Part shown: positions 48,550 to 61,068 of the stretch, in pieces
How the letters are laid out: each line of letters starts with the position of its first letter
Position numbering within the stretch: position 1 is the stretch's first letter
Assembly: GCA_900088475.1 (NCBI GenBank)
Contig: FLMG01000120.1
Location: forward strand, 11,456 to 75,455
From: Hyphochytrium catenoides
Lineage: Eukaryota > Protista > Hyphochytriomycota
Direction of reading: 5' to 3'
DNA length: 64,000 nucleotides
Made by a program: the position numbers and the translations under genes
The notes under the pieces: model-generated
The model's database searches: none
Seen by the model: only the letters and a program-made list of their open reading frames with translations
What the model was told of the DNA's origin: nothing

Positions 48550-51500
48550 CTCTTCGTTCTGACCCGCATTCTCTCCGCCACTCTTTCTCTTTTTCGTTTA
48601 CTCCGTCTCCCGCGGTCTCTTCGCCTCTTATATAGATTCTTCCATCTGCTTACTGGTGGATGGCGCTGGAGGAGCTGCTGCGGATTCCAGAGCCGCGTCC
48701 TCCCCTTTCTGGTGAAGTTTCTTTGATGCCTGGGCTCCGTTGGCGCGCTTACTGACAGCAATATGACTCTTAGACGAAGAGGAAGGATGCGCGGCAGGCG
48801 TCCGATGTTCGACGGTTCCTCCAGTGGGCGATTGAATCTGAGTCGCCTAAAAGTGAGAGGACGAGCACATGGAGGAGAGAGAGAGAGAATTGCCACAGCG
48901 TGAGGTACCACCGGTGGGGAAAATGCAGAAAGATGATCCTGTTGAAGTCGAGATGGCAAGGGGAAGATATGTAGCTAGAGACAGTGAATCCTAATTGGCC
49001 ACATTCCATTAACCCTCCTCTCTTAAACTTGATTCCTTCCTTTCTCTGATCCTTCCTCTGTCGTTTCTCTCTCTCTCTCTCTTTTATCGTCTTGTTCTCC
49101 TTACCTTCTGCCTGCGGTTGACAGGGGACCGCGGGGACGCGTCCCGGCTCTTCTGCCTCTTGTTGGACGGTGAAGCGGAGGTTCTGAGCTCCTCAGAAGA
49201 ACCTGAACTAGGAACACAAGTCTTGTCTCCTTCCTCTCCTTCTTGCTCTCCTTCGCTCTGTCCTTCCTTCTTCTCTCCTTCTTTGTCTCTTTGTTTTTCT
49301 TCTTCGTTATGATTCTCTCTCTGTCCCTCTTTCTCCCCATCAGAGGTCTCCTGCACAACCTTTGAGGAAGGAAAAGCAATAGAGCAGCTGGTGGAAGAGA
49401 GGCTGCCTCGATCATGTGGAGAGGACAGGGAGAAGACGGCAGGAGTAGTCTTCTTTTGACTAGTCACCGCTCTCTCTTCCTCCTTTCTTTTTAGGGCAGT
49501 TTGGCGGTATCGTCTCCTTGCTTGTCGGCCTCTATCAGGAGAGAGCGGGATAAGAAAAGGTAGGAGATAGGCACAGAGACTGACTGCCAGCGGAAGATAG
49601 GGGGAAAGAGGAAGCGGAAGGCACGAGAGGGAGGAAGAGAGGGTTCCCTGGACGCAAGAAAAAGAGGGAGAGATTGCGGGAGAAGAGAATAGAAGATAAC
49701 CTTTCGTGAGCCTGAAGCAGGGTAACGGCGTCCTTCTCTTGTTGACGTCTGGCTTCTCTCGTCTTTCTCTCTTCCCGGTAATGCTTGCGGGTTCGGTAGC
49801 CTCGGAAGCGGCTCTGAATCTTCATGGCAGCCTGTCGTCTCTCTTTCTTCCTTGCCACGATTCGCTCTTTTTCAGCCTGTGTCTGCTCGTTGCTCACCGC
49901 TTCTCTCCCATCTTGCCGTCTCTTTTCTCTGAACTCCTTAACTTTCTTCCTCGTTTGTCTTCCCCTGACGACCCTCTGGATCATGATCGCAGCTTGCCGC
50001 CTCTCTCTTTCTTTCTCTCTCTTCCGGATCCTCTTGTTAACAAGGCGACGGCGATAGCAGAGTTGGATCTGCGTGGCTGCCCTGGCTTTCTGTCTCTCAT
50101 TTCGCCGTTCCCAGGTAGCTAGGCGCGCATGGTGGCCTAGAAAGAAGAGAAAACGCACAGAGACAGAGAACTAAGACGCGAGGGCCATGGCGCCATGGGG
50201 GAGAATTAGCAGAGGAAGGTGAGAGAGAGAGAATAGAAACAGGCAGAGAGATACACTCAAGTGGAGAAAGAGATAGAGTAATGCTGATGACCCCAGGGCA
50301 AAATGCTTTGCGGAAGAGAGAGAAAAGGAATTTGGAAGAAAGGATGGCAACTGCCTTGTAAAGAACCACAGGAGAGAGAAAGACAGGAGATAGAGGGAAG
50401 AAAGCGGAGAGAGAGAGAGAGAGAGACACTTGTGCTTTACCTCTAATTAGCGCCTGAATCTTGGTGGCCGCTAGGTGGATTTCCTTCATTCTCTCTCTCT
50501 CTCTCCCCTTCCATCGACACGTCAACCTTCTCCACGCCTTCTGGATCCTGGATGCCGCTTGAACCTCCAGGATATCGCGCCTCAGGCGGTGAACTCTTTG
50601 TCTGGCGATGAAGCCGCGAGCAACCTACATGATGACACACAGACGAAGCAAGAGAGAAGGAGAAAGAGAGAGAGAAAGAGAGGCAAATGCGTTCAAAAGG
50701 AGAGAGAGAGAGAGAGGAAGACGTGTCCTTCAGCTAGGGCCCTATTTTATCAATGGAATCAGAAAGGGAAAGACAGTCGGTGGGACAAGGCACGAGACAC
50801 CCACTAGAGAAGGAGAGAAAGAAGTCAAGCGACTCTGACCACGAATCATGGAAAGGTACTTAAGGTAAGAGGCAGAGGAGCCGAGAGTCCATGTGAGAGA
50901 CAATGGCAGAGTGCAAGAAGCAAGAAACGACGCGAAAGAGAGAGAGCTCAATCGCTTTCCTTACCCTATTAATATTCGTGGCATAGCCAGAATGTCTCTG
51001 CTGCCAAGCTCTCTTCCTCACTAGGAAAGAGCGGAGGATCCTCTGCAGCTCGATCGCTGCGCTCTCTTCTTCCTCCATTCTCTGGAGCACGCGGTGGCCC
51101 TGCAGCAGGGACCAAGCCCCAAGGTACAATCGACGGCTCCAACGCTTACGGAACCGCGCGCAGATGCGGGACGCCTGAAGGCGAATAGAGGGCAGGAGAC
51201 GGACCAGACGCCGAAGAAGAGCAGGGAGATAGATATGGTAAGAGGGCTGAATAGCTAATTGAAGAGCTGAGGACCTGAGTCTAAGTGTCAATCAGAGAAG
51301 AGAGAGGGAGAGAGAGAGAGACGTGAAGAGAGACTTACCTGTTTCTTCATCAAGCTCTCGGCTAACTTCATCTTCTTATCCATGATCACCATCCGCTTCC
51401 ATGCCTTCCAAGCACGAGCTATACGCGCGTGCTCCATCTTTATGAAAAGTTGCTGATATTCATAAGGACGAGAAGCAGACGAGAGGACAGCGCGTTGTAT

Positions 51501-54084
51501 GTGAGACCTCGGCACAGGGCCAAAGAAGAAATAAGGGCGAAAGTGCATTGCGTCAATGTAGACAAGAGAGAAAAGGACCAGAAAGAAAGCCAGCAAGCCT
51601 GCTATTGTACAAGATAAGACAGAGAGGGAGACAGAAAGAGAGAGAGAGTATACCTCAAGCTTATGGGTTCCCCACTTGTGGCAGAAGAGCTGAGCTCTCA
51701 GCGAGGTGACAGGGAAGTGGGCCCTGACCCAGTGGAGAGAGCTCTGGACCTTCTCTCCCAGCTCCTGCAGCGTCTCTTCGCTAGCCCGAGCCGCTTGCCG
51801 GAGATCCTCGATTGGAGAGAGAGCAGAACCGTCCAGACCAGCCTGCCAAAGAAGAGGATGGTCAACATACACCAAAGGCAAAAGCAGGTGAGAGAGAGAA
51901 ACAGAGAGAACGAGGCAAAAATGAACTCTGGCCCAAGAGAGAAGAGAGAGCCTAAAGAACAAGAGAGAGACTGAAGAACAAGAGAGAGACTAAAGGACAA
52001 GAGAGAGAGAAGATATTGAACATTGCCGCAGAAGAGTACAGGGACTCTCACAGCGGCCGCGCGGCCTCTTGAAAAGAAAGACCTCTGACGACTAGCAGGA
52101 AAGCAAGGAATAGATTGATGGGAAACAGGTGGAGAGAGAGAAGAGACAAAGAGAGGCCCGGACGATGTAAAGAGAAGTTTGGAAGGAGAAAGATAAGGAG
52201 GCAGCGGAGGTATGAAGGAAAGAGAGTAGACTCTTTTCTTCTTCTACCTGTGCGATAGGTACTCCATAGTGTTGCACCTCTTGGAGGTGCTTCCTCGCCT
52301 TCTTCCGCGGCAGCTTTAGTTGACGCAGACGCCAATCTGCTCCCTCTCTCTTCTTTCTCTCTCTCTCTCTGTCTTCAACCTCGCTCTCACTCTCTCCGGG
52401 CACTTTGAGCCTCTCTGCCACCCTCGCTAGGCGGCGGTGGGCGTCCAGGGGCCGACAAAGATCTTCAAAGGAAATGAAGTCCTTTCCCTTCTTCCGTTCC
52501 GACAGCAACAGCGCCTGCATCTGATGTAACAACAGAGGACAAGAGAGATTCAAGAAAGAAGTGCGAGAGAGTTAGCTTCAGCTTGCAACAGAGGAAGAGA
52601 GAGAGAGAGAGAGCAAGAGGGAGAATGGCGCGACAAGAAGCCAGCTAATCCCTAAGAGAACTTTGCCTCTTGAGTTACCTTCTGCTCGGGGAAGCTGGGC
52701 TCTACTTTTCTGACAAATGAAGAAACAAGCTCCAAACGCATCTCGCCTGTCACTTCAGACTCCATGTCCTACAAAGAGAGGCCAATATCTCAGTCTGGAA
52801 GGTCCAAGCCTCTTCCTTACAGGCGTGAAGGAAGGGTTCTTTCTTCGCGTCTAACACGAACATATCCCTCTGTGTCTCTCTCTCTCTCTCTCTCTCTCCT
52901 ATTCTCCCTCTTCCTCTCTCCCTTCCTCTTCCTTCCTCTTCCCTTATTGTGCACTTATGTCTCCCTCTTTTGGTTGTCTTTCTGTCCTCATTCCAAGCGT
53001 ATCTCCTCTCTTCTGTTCTGTCTCCCTCATAATCCGTCTCTCCTCCCAGCGCATCTTCTTACCTCGAATGCCTTTCTGTACATCTCCGCCGCCCCATCAC
53101 TTCCTTCATCTAGGGCAAGAAGAGGCTCCATGTCGTCGAGCAGCAGCTGCTCAGAAGAGAGAGAAAGCAATCTAAGGGAAGTCCCATGATGGCCCTTGAC
53201 TCCTGTCTCTTCCTCGCTCTTTCCTCTATGCCGAGGCTTCCACAGGGTAGGCGAAGACGGTCTTTCCTTCCCGACAGGGCCTGGAGGACTTCCTTGATTG
53301 TTCTTCGCGCTATACTTTGGACTGCCTTTCTCTTCCTCTCTCGCGCGCGCTTCTTTTTTTAGAAATAACCTGGGTCCCCCATCCTTCTGCCCTATTTTTC
53401 TTGGTTTAGCTCGTCCCTGGGCACAGAAGAAAAAGAGGAAACCGAGCATTAGGAATACGGGATGGAGGAAGGGAAGAGAGTAACCTGAAGAGCCTACTCA
53501 GAGAGGAAACTCTGAAACTAAGGAGAAGGGAGGAACCCAGGTGAGAGGGCGAGAGGTACAGAGCACGTGAAGAGACTGCAAGGGACACGTATAACGTGAG
53601 CGAAGAGAGCGATGGTCCTTTGGCTGGCTGTCTTTTACCTTGACAGCGGACTCTCCCGGCAATATGCTGGGCCAGGATCCAGGGAGAGGAGCGACCATAG
53701 GGTCTCCCGAGAGGAGGGACCGCAAGGCATCCAGCGGGAGAAAGGTTCTAAAGAATAAGGTAGGTTAGCAGAATAAGGGAGAAGAGAGGAGGTGAGACAC
53801 TGCGGATATGTATGGCCAAAGGTGGACGAATGATATCGAGAAAGAGAGGGTAGCTTCTAGAGTTTGAATAAGAGAAAGAGCTAGGCCAGAACAGTCCGAG
53901 CTGGGACAGCACTTACGGCGGCTGGCTGTCTGCAGTGGCTGAGGGCAGCAGTCCATGCATAGGAGAAGGCTCGACTGCAGTGCCTCTCGGGGAGGACGAG
54001 GTGTCTTCTCGCTCCATCTGCCCTCAGCGGAAGCCTGCTGCTTGGTAAAACCTCTATTACCTTGACGTCCTCTCTAAAGAACAT
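44001..54084 (-). CDS. Very large multi-exon protein: degenerate N-terminal EF-hand pair, many IQ motifs with charged single-alpha-helix segments, three C-terminal WW domains
   Basis: IQ motifs include AATKIQALIRG, AAIMIQRVVRGRQTR, AAMKIQSRFRGYRTR, AAQDIQRVGRGFLGR, AATRIQAGVRKHLA. WW domains: EEWIEYWDDAAQAFYYFNTRTQEASWTRP, GWVQTVDANGMPYWYQPTTREVSYYPP, DWIEYVDQQTSRKYWYNAITGETQW. Most exons join by GT-AG introns. The 5' end is uncertain. Confidence 0.75.
46390..46764 (-). repeat. Coding minisatellite, 102-bp (34-aa) unit x ~3.7
   Basis: GAGTCAGA ends at 46458, 46560, 46662 and 46764. Unit SDSKRSKHSGRV(K/R)(D/E)EP(D/E)FEEKGK.......SGAS. Confidence 0.95.
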
Positions 54085-54359
54085 GCAGGCCTCTTAGTTC
54101 CATGCCTGGTAGTGACGGATAGGTGGAAAGCGGAAGAGAGCAGGATAGAAGTCGCTGCCTCTCTCCAGTGTTTCTCTTGCTCGTCTCCCATCATATCTGT
54201 TGTTACTTTCTTGGGCTTTTCAAAGACAAGGAGCTAAGTTGACCAAATAGAGGACTGACCATTCCAAAGGCTGCTGACGGAGGGAGAGGAAAGGGGAACA
54301 AGGACCTCCAAACTCGACCGAGGACTATAAGAGTCCAAGACAAGCGGGAGGAGCGAAAG

Positions 54360-54445
54360 TGAGCAAACAGAGAAAAAGAGAGAGAGAAAGGAGAGGGAGG
54401 GAGAGCTATAGAAGGGAGAGACACAGAAGAAAGAGAGAGGAAGAC

Positions 54446-54478
<33 letters not shown>

Positions 54479-54503
54479 GAAAGAGAGAGAAAAGAGGGAG
54501 AGA

Positions 54504-54562
<59 letters not shown>
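54360..54562. repeat. GA-rich tract with long (GA)n run, intergenic
   Basis: Seen directly. A complementary CT-rich tract lies at ~54875-55075. Confidence 0.9.
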
Positions 54563-54563
<1 letters not shown>

Positions 54564-55406
54564 AAAAAGCTCACAGCGCTGCGGCAGGCGCTGCGGAGGA
54601 GAAGCAGCAAAAGTCCTTTCTCTTACCGTTTTATGGGCTTCACACCTCTTCAAAGTGCCGCCAACGGCCATCGTACATCCCGCCACAAAAACTACAGTGA
54701 TATCTGACAGATCTCCCATGTTACAGGTACGTACGTACGGCCTAATGGAGTAAAACAGTAGCAGGGGAAGTGGTAGAGAGACACAGGGAGGCACAAGGAG
54801 AGACAGGGAGACAAAAAGCGCGAGACAGAGAGGTCGTTACATCACCGCGTAAGGGTGGGTGGGCCGGGCTTTCCCCTTTCTTTGACGGGTGTCTCTCTCT
54901 CTCTCCTCTCTGTCTCTCTGTCTCTCTGTCTCTCTGATATGTGTTTGTGTGTCTCTCTGTCGGTGTCTCTCTCCGATTGTCTCTGCTTTCTCTCCCTCTC
55001 TTTCTTTATCCTCAGATCTTTCTCTCTGATTCTCCCGGCTTGTCTCTCACTCAATCTTTCCTTGCTACTTCCTCACTTTTTAGAGGTTCAAACGGAAGCT
55101 CTAATCCTCTCAGAACGATGTCTATCCTCGCTGTGAGGGAGCTACTCTTCCACTTCTTCCAACAACTGTTTCTCTTCTTGCTTTTCAGTTCATGCTCAGC
55201 TCTTCTCGATAAAAGGATCTCTCCAGCAGTATACGGTCATCAGTCAACGAAGGAGAGGTACAGAGAAAGAGTAGGACGAGAATAAGAGAAAGAGAGAGAG
55301 AAAAGAAGGGACGACCATAAGTTTCATAAGCTGCTATCTATAAGTTAGAGGTCAGGGCTAGGACAACAAAGAAACAGAGACGGCCTTTCTCCTACTTCCG
55401 TCCATT

Positions 55407-56523
55407 TTATTTTTTCTTCTTTCCCTTGCCCTTCTTCTCTTTCTTCCCATCTCCTCCATCCGACGCCTTTCTTAGACTCTCTCTCACGAAGCGCAGGCCA
55501 GTTATCTCCGCTGTGAAGGCTTGTAACTGCGCCGCTTCTTCAGCATAGACGGCCTTGTATTGAGAGAGTGCATTCACAAACTCTGACTCCGTCAGAGGAC
55601 TTGTCTCCAGCCGCAGCAACCTATGGAGAGGAGCAGACAGAGAGAGAAAGAGAGAGACAAAGAAAGACAAGAAGAGGGAGATACCAAGAGGATCAGTAGT
55701 ACCCTCACCAGACCTGTCTGAGCTGTCACCTCGCTTTCTTTCTCTCTTCTCTGTCGTTCTCCTCCGCTGCTTTCCTTTTATACCTCGGTCGTTTCCCACA
55801 TCTGATTGTTCTCTCTTTCTCTCTCTTTCTGTGCTAATCTCTTAGCTTATCTTCTTCAATAAGCTATACCTTCTCTCTGTCAGGGTGCTCCGTACCGCCG
55901 CCTCCAGGAACCCAGCGGTGTAGCCCTCAGAGATGTGTGAGAGGCACGCATAGTCAAATGTGGGAGGGATGGGGAGGGTTGGCTCGCTGCGGATGCAAGC
56001 CAGGCACAGTGTTTGAGGAGAGGTATAGGAGAACATGTTGCGAGAGACAAGCGAAAAGAGAGAGAGAGAGAGAGAAAGAGCATGAGAGACTTAGAGGCCT
56101 TGGATGATTCTAGAAGAGAGATGAGCGAGCCACGGCAATGTGAAGTAGGGGAAATGAAAAAGGCTCTTCCTCTGGAAGTTGCTCTTACCTTTCCTGTGTC
56201 TCCTCCTCTTCTCTCTCTTCCCCTCCCAGCTCTGCTGCTCCCTGTCTGTGTCTAACCTGCGCCTGCTTGAGAAGCTCTCTCATCTTGGAGGTGATGAGGT
56301 GCTTCCATATTCTCTCTCTGGAAGCGTAGTCCGGCCAAGGGAAATAGAGAAACTTATCAAAGGCCTGCCGTAGCTCTTTAGGATCCGCCTTCTCAGGGCT
56401 GGAGGTACACCCAATCACGATTACGCGGTCCTCCTGAGAAGAGAGGGGAGAGTGTGAAAAGAGAGAAAGAGTGAGAGCGAGAGAGAGACAGAAAGAGAGG
56501 GAGAAACACACACACACACAGAG

Positions 56524-56562
<39 letters not shown>

Positions 56563-57125
56563 TATCGTGGGAACTCCACCTGCGGGCCAGAATAAGAATA
56601 ACGAGGGACAACATGTAGAACGGTATGTGCATGTTAAGGGTGGGCGGACACAGAGAGAGAGAGGAAAGGTGGTGAAGGAGGTGGCCGGAATAATTGGAGA
56701 GAGGAGCTCCTTGCACCATTGTGGAAGTAGAAAATGATGAAGAGAGCTAGAAAGAGTGGGAGAAAAAGAGAGAGAGAGAGACGGGAAAAATAGAGAGGAA
56801 CATAGGACTGAAAGAGGAAAAGACGGGAAGAGAGGGAGAGAGAGAGAGAGAGAGACAGAGAGAGAGAGAAAGGCAAAAAAGAGACGAGAGCGAGGAGAAG
56901 GGAGGCCGACTCTCACCCTCTCCAGCGCATTGATATAGGTGATGAGGTCCTTCTTATACTTGGCTGCCCCTTCTGCCTCTTTCTTCTTCTTCCCTCCGCC
57001 CTGGAAGATTTGTTCTACTTCATCTATGTAGATCACGACCGGAGCCATTGACTGATCCTTCGCCACCTTCATCGCCATGTGAATAACCTTGGTTGGACCC
57101 GTCTTGCCTGGAAGAAGAAAGAGAG

Positions 57126-57160
<35 letters not shown>

Positions 57161-60100
57161 GAAAGATGGAGAAGAGAGACAGAGACGGAGAAAGTGTGAG
57201 CCAGAGAAAGGAAGTAAGACAAAAAGAGTTGACTCGAGATTGGATAGAGACCAAAGACAGGAGATGGAGAGGGAGCAACGAAAGGAGACACAGACAGGGG
57301 AAGAGAGAGGAAGAGAGAGAAAGAGAGGGAGAGAGAGGGAGAGAGGGAGAGAGAGAGAGAACATGGGGGGGAGGGGGAGAAGCTAGGAGCAAGGAGACTT
57401 AAGGGAAGAGCCAGTTTGTACCTGGGAACTTCCCTTCAAGCACCGAAGGCGTGAGGTTGACAATAAGGGCACCCAGTTCTGATGCGATTGCTTCTGCCAT
57501 CATTGTCTTCCCGCTGAAGAGAAGAGGACGGGGAGAGAGAGAGAAAGAAGGAAGAGAGGGAGGCAGGGGTAGTGGGGAGAGGAAGGTGAGAGGAGCGGTT
57601 GAATGGAGAGAGAGAAGAACAAGACAGAAAGCCTCCTAACAAGCACGGTCGGGAGGATATGTATCCAATATGGACATTTGATTGGAAGAGAGAAGTGAGA
57701 AGAGAGACTAGAAGAGAATGTGAAAGAAAGAGAGTCAAAAAGTGGAGAAGCCAATAAGATGGTACAAGTCTCCCTCTTCCCTTACCTTCCTCTCGGTCCG
57801 TAGAAGAGGATTGACCTGACACTACCACTCTTGGCCTTGACTAGCGGGCAGCCTAGAGGGAGAATGGCAAACTCAGTCACGAGAGCGCGCAACTGCGAGA
57901 ACGAGGGATTCTGAGGAGCCCAGTTGCCCTCAGCGTCCTAAAATGGTTGGAGGACAGAGACAGAGAGAGAGAGAGACTTAGAGAGACAGAGACTGCTAGG
58001 GTTGTCTCCTCTCAAATAATCATCTCTCCTGTTCTTCCCACACTTATCTTAGAATCTGGCTCTTCTCTCTCCTTCTTCCGTAGCCTTCCTCTGACAGCCC
58101 CCCTTCTTCGTTCAACCCATTCTCTTTCTCTCCCTCATTCTACTGTCTAACCTTTCCTCTCTCCTCCTTCTCTTCCTTTCCTCTCTCTTCCTTCTCTTCG
58201 TCCTTCGTGGCCCCTGCCTTTGCCCCTCTCCTTGCACTTCTCTTCCTTACTCTTGCTCGTACACTCTCTTCTCCCCTCAGAAGCCTTCAACTCTTACCCT
58301 TCTCTCTGCATTTTGATATGCATTTCCCAGAAAGTCAAAGTCTCCAATAAAGTCGCTGACTCTCCTGTTCCTGACGCTGTAGATCAGCTTGTTCTCTATG
58401 AGAGAGCAGAGCATCTGGTCGATGTCCAAGCCTTTCAGTTCCGCCAGCTTGTCTCCGGGTAGAGCCTTCTTAGAGTCTTTCCCTTTCTTCTTGCCTGCGC
58501 TCTGGAGAGAGTAGAGACGGCAGACACAGAAAGTGTAGAGGGAGGAAGAGAGAGAGACTCTTACTTTCCAAGGAGAGAGAAAACGGAAGCTCAAAGGGAA
58601 AGTGGCATAGGCACTAAGCAGATCAGGATCAGAACCAGAACTTCTATAATAAGAGAGACAGAGAGAGAGAGAGTGGTTGCTAAGCTTGTATCTATCTGAA
58701 ACACAGCAAGAGAAAGGCAAAGAGCGACTGGACACACCTTCTTTCCCTTCTTCCCTTTCTTTCCTTTGGCTCCTTTCTTCTTCCCTTTCTTCTTGTCCTT
58801 CGCTGCGGCAGCGACCTCAAGCTGCATCTTTATCTTCTGCAGCTGGAGAACGAGAATCTCGTCTACTTGCTTCCGAATCTCCACCTCCACGGGCAGACGG
58901 ACTACCGCTTTGGCCTGACAGAGGGTAGGATAGAGGTGAGAGACATGGATTAGGGCAGCGAGAGAGAAGGAGAGAGAGAGAGTAAGAGGCAGACGAGAGG
59001 TGGGTATAGACAGCTTGGAGAAGAGAATGATCTATGAAGCACAGGAAGAAAGAAATAACTAGGACTTTCTCTCATATATCCGATCAAACTCTCGCTGATG
59101 ATCAGGCGTTTTCGTGCCGTTATATGGATTCTCACTCTCGATGGTCCCGCCTTTCTTCGTCTCTCTCTCTCTCTCTCTCTTTTCCTCTTTTCTCTCTCTC
59201 TCTCTCCACCCGTCACCTTTCCCTTTCTTACCATCTCTGAGTCATGCTTCTGCTGGATATTATCGCCTTCATCTCTCCCGACCCAGATGTTTGAATAATT
59301 CTCGACTGTCGCTGCCATCATGTTCGTCAGCTCTGAGGACCCAGTCAGGCTGGGAAGAGGCTCTGCTTCCTTGGGTACATCGTCCTTCTTCTTCTTCTTC
59401 TTATCTGAGGGGGGATGGCGTGAGAGAGACCCCAGTGAGAGAGGGAGAGAGGATGGAAGGGGGAAGAGAGAGAGAGAGAATGGATGGAGGAAGTGAGAGA
59501 AAGAGACAGCTATAGAAATCGATGTATCGTTGCAGGTCTCTGACCTTTCTTTTCGGCGCCGCCTTTGGCTGCTTTTTTTGACTCTTTCGCTGGGGCCGCC
59601 TCCTCTTCCTTCGGCTCCGGAGGGTTCTTGGCTGCGTAGAAGCCTTCAAGATCCTCTGGAAAGACCCCTTTGCCCTATCACAGGCCAACAGATTAGGCGA
59701 GAAAGACAAGGAGAGAGAGAGAAAAGAGAAAGAGGCATTATGCCAAAAATAGATGAGACAGAGAGCCTTAAACAATGAGAAAGTGCAAATGTGAGTTATG
59801 GAATGAATGTGAAAGTGAACGAGAAGGATGGAGCAGGAAGCAGCAAGAAGGAGAAGAAAAGAGAGAGAGAGAGAGAGAGAGGAGAGAGGAGAAAAAGAGA
59901 CACCAATCGATCACCATCATGTCGGTAAACCAAGTCCTTCTTTCTTCCATTAGTGCTTCTCGCATCTCTGGGCCTTCATCCTCAGCGATAACCTGGAAGA
60001 GAAAGTTACATGCAAGTTTTGGAAGCCAAGAGCAGAGAGAAAGAGATCAAGGGAGAGAAACTAGACTCTGAGAAACTAGACTCTGGCAGTGGCGCATTCC

Positions 60101-60169
60101 TATGCGGGCGAGAGACAAAGAGAAAGAAAGGGATATGATAGAGAAAAACATTTTAACAGGTGAACAAAG

Positions 60170-60214
<45 letters not shown>

Positions 60215-61020
60215 GTTGGGAGATGAGAGGAGAGAAAGGGAGAGAGACAAGGGAAGATGAACCAAGGCGCTACCTCCTTCAGATCTATAAGAGCCTGGGC
60301 ATATGCTTCCTTATTCTCTGCCTGAAGCACCTTCCGCCTTAGCCTTAGGCAAATAGAAAAGCAAATGAGATTGTCCGCCAGAGGCAATTTTGTCTTGCAC
60401 TCTCTTCTCTCTTCGAAACCTAAAGCGCCCTCTCATTCGCCTCCTCCTTTCCTATTGTCTGCTCTCTACACTTCCTTTTTTATTCTGTCGTTTCTCCCAT
60501 AACCTAGAGGCTCCAGACACATCTAGCTCGGCTTTTCTTCCCTATTTCTTCTCTTTCTCTCTCTCTCTCTCTCTTTCTCTCTCTCCTTCTCTCTCTCTCT
60601 TTCTCTCCCCACCTCTCTGTCTCTCTCTATTCAGGTACCTGATTTTTTCGATGTCTTTGCTTCGGTCCACACGGGTGGGATCAGGCTTCATGCCTAGGGT
60701 TAGCCCAGGAGGAGGGAGAGCAGTGAAGCGATCGCCTCTATTAACAGACAAGCCTGGCAGGAGCAGCGAGCACTGACAGAGGAGACAGTAGAGAAGAGAT
60801 TCTAAGAGATTAGATAGAAAGAACGAGAGCAACCTAGGACATAGAAGAAGAGAATAAAAAGCACCAATGAAGATCAATTCGGCGTCTCGTTGTTCTTCCG
60901 CCTTATTCCTTTGCTGGTAGCCTCTGAAGATGCGCTGAATGTTGCTGGCGGCCGCGTCGCCATCCAGAACTTGCTGGAGACAACAGAAAAAAGCCGATAA
61001 GGACCTTAGGACCAACAACG

Positions 61021-61068
<48 letters not shown>

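Noticed and set aside
54203-57402. Many ORFs rich in LSLS or ERER
   Set aside because: Microsatellite read-through. Only the embedded DRC11 exons are credible.
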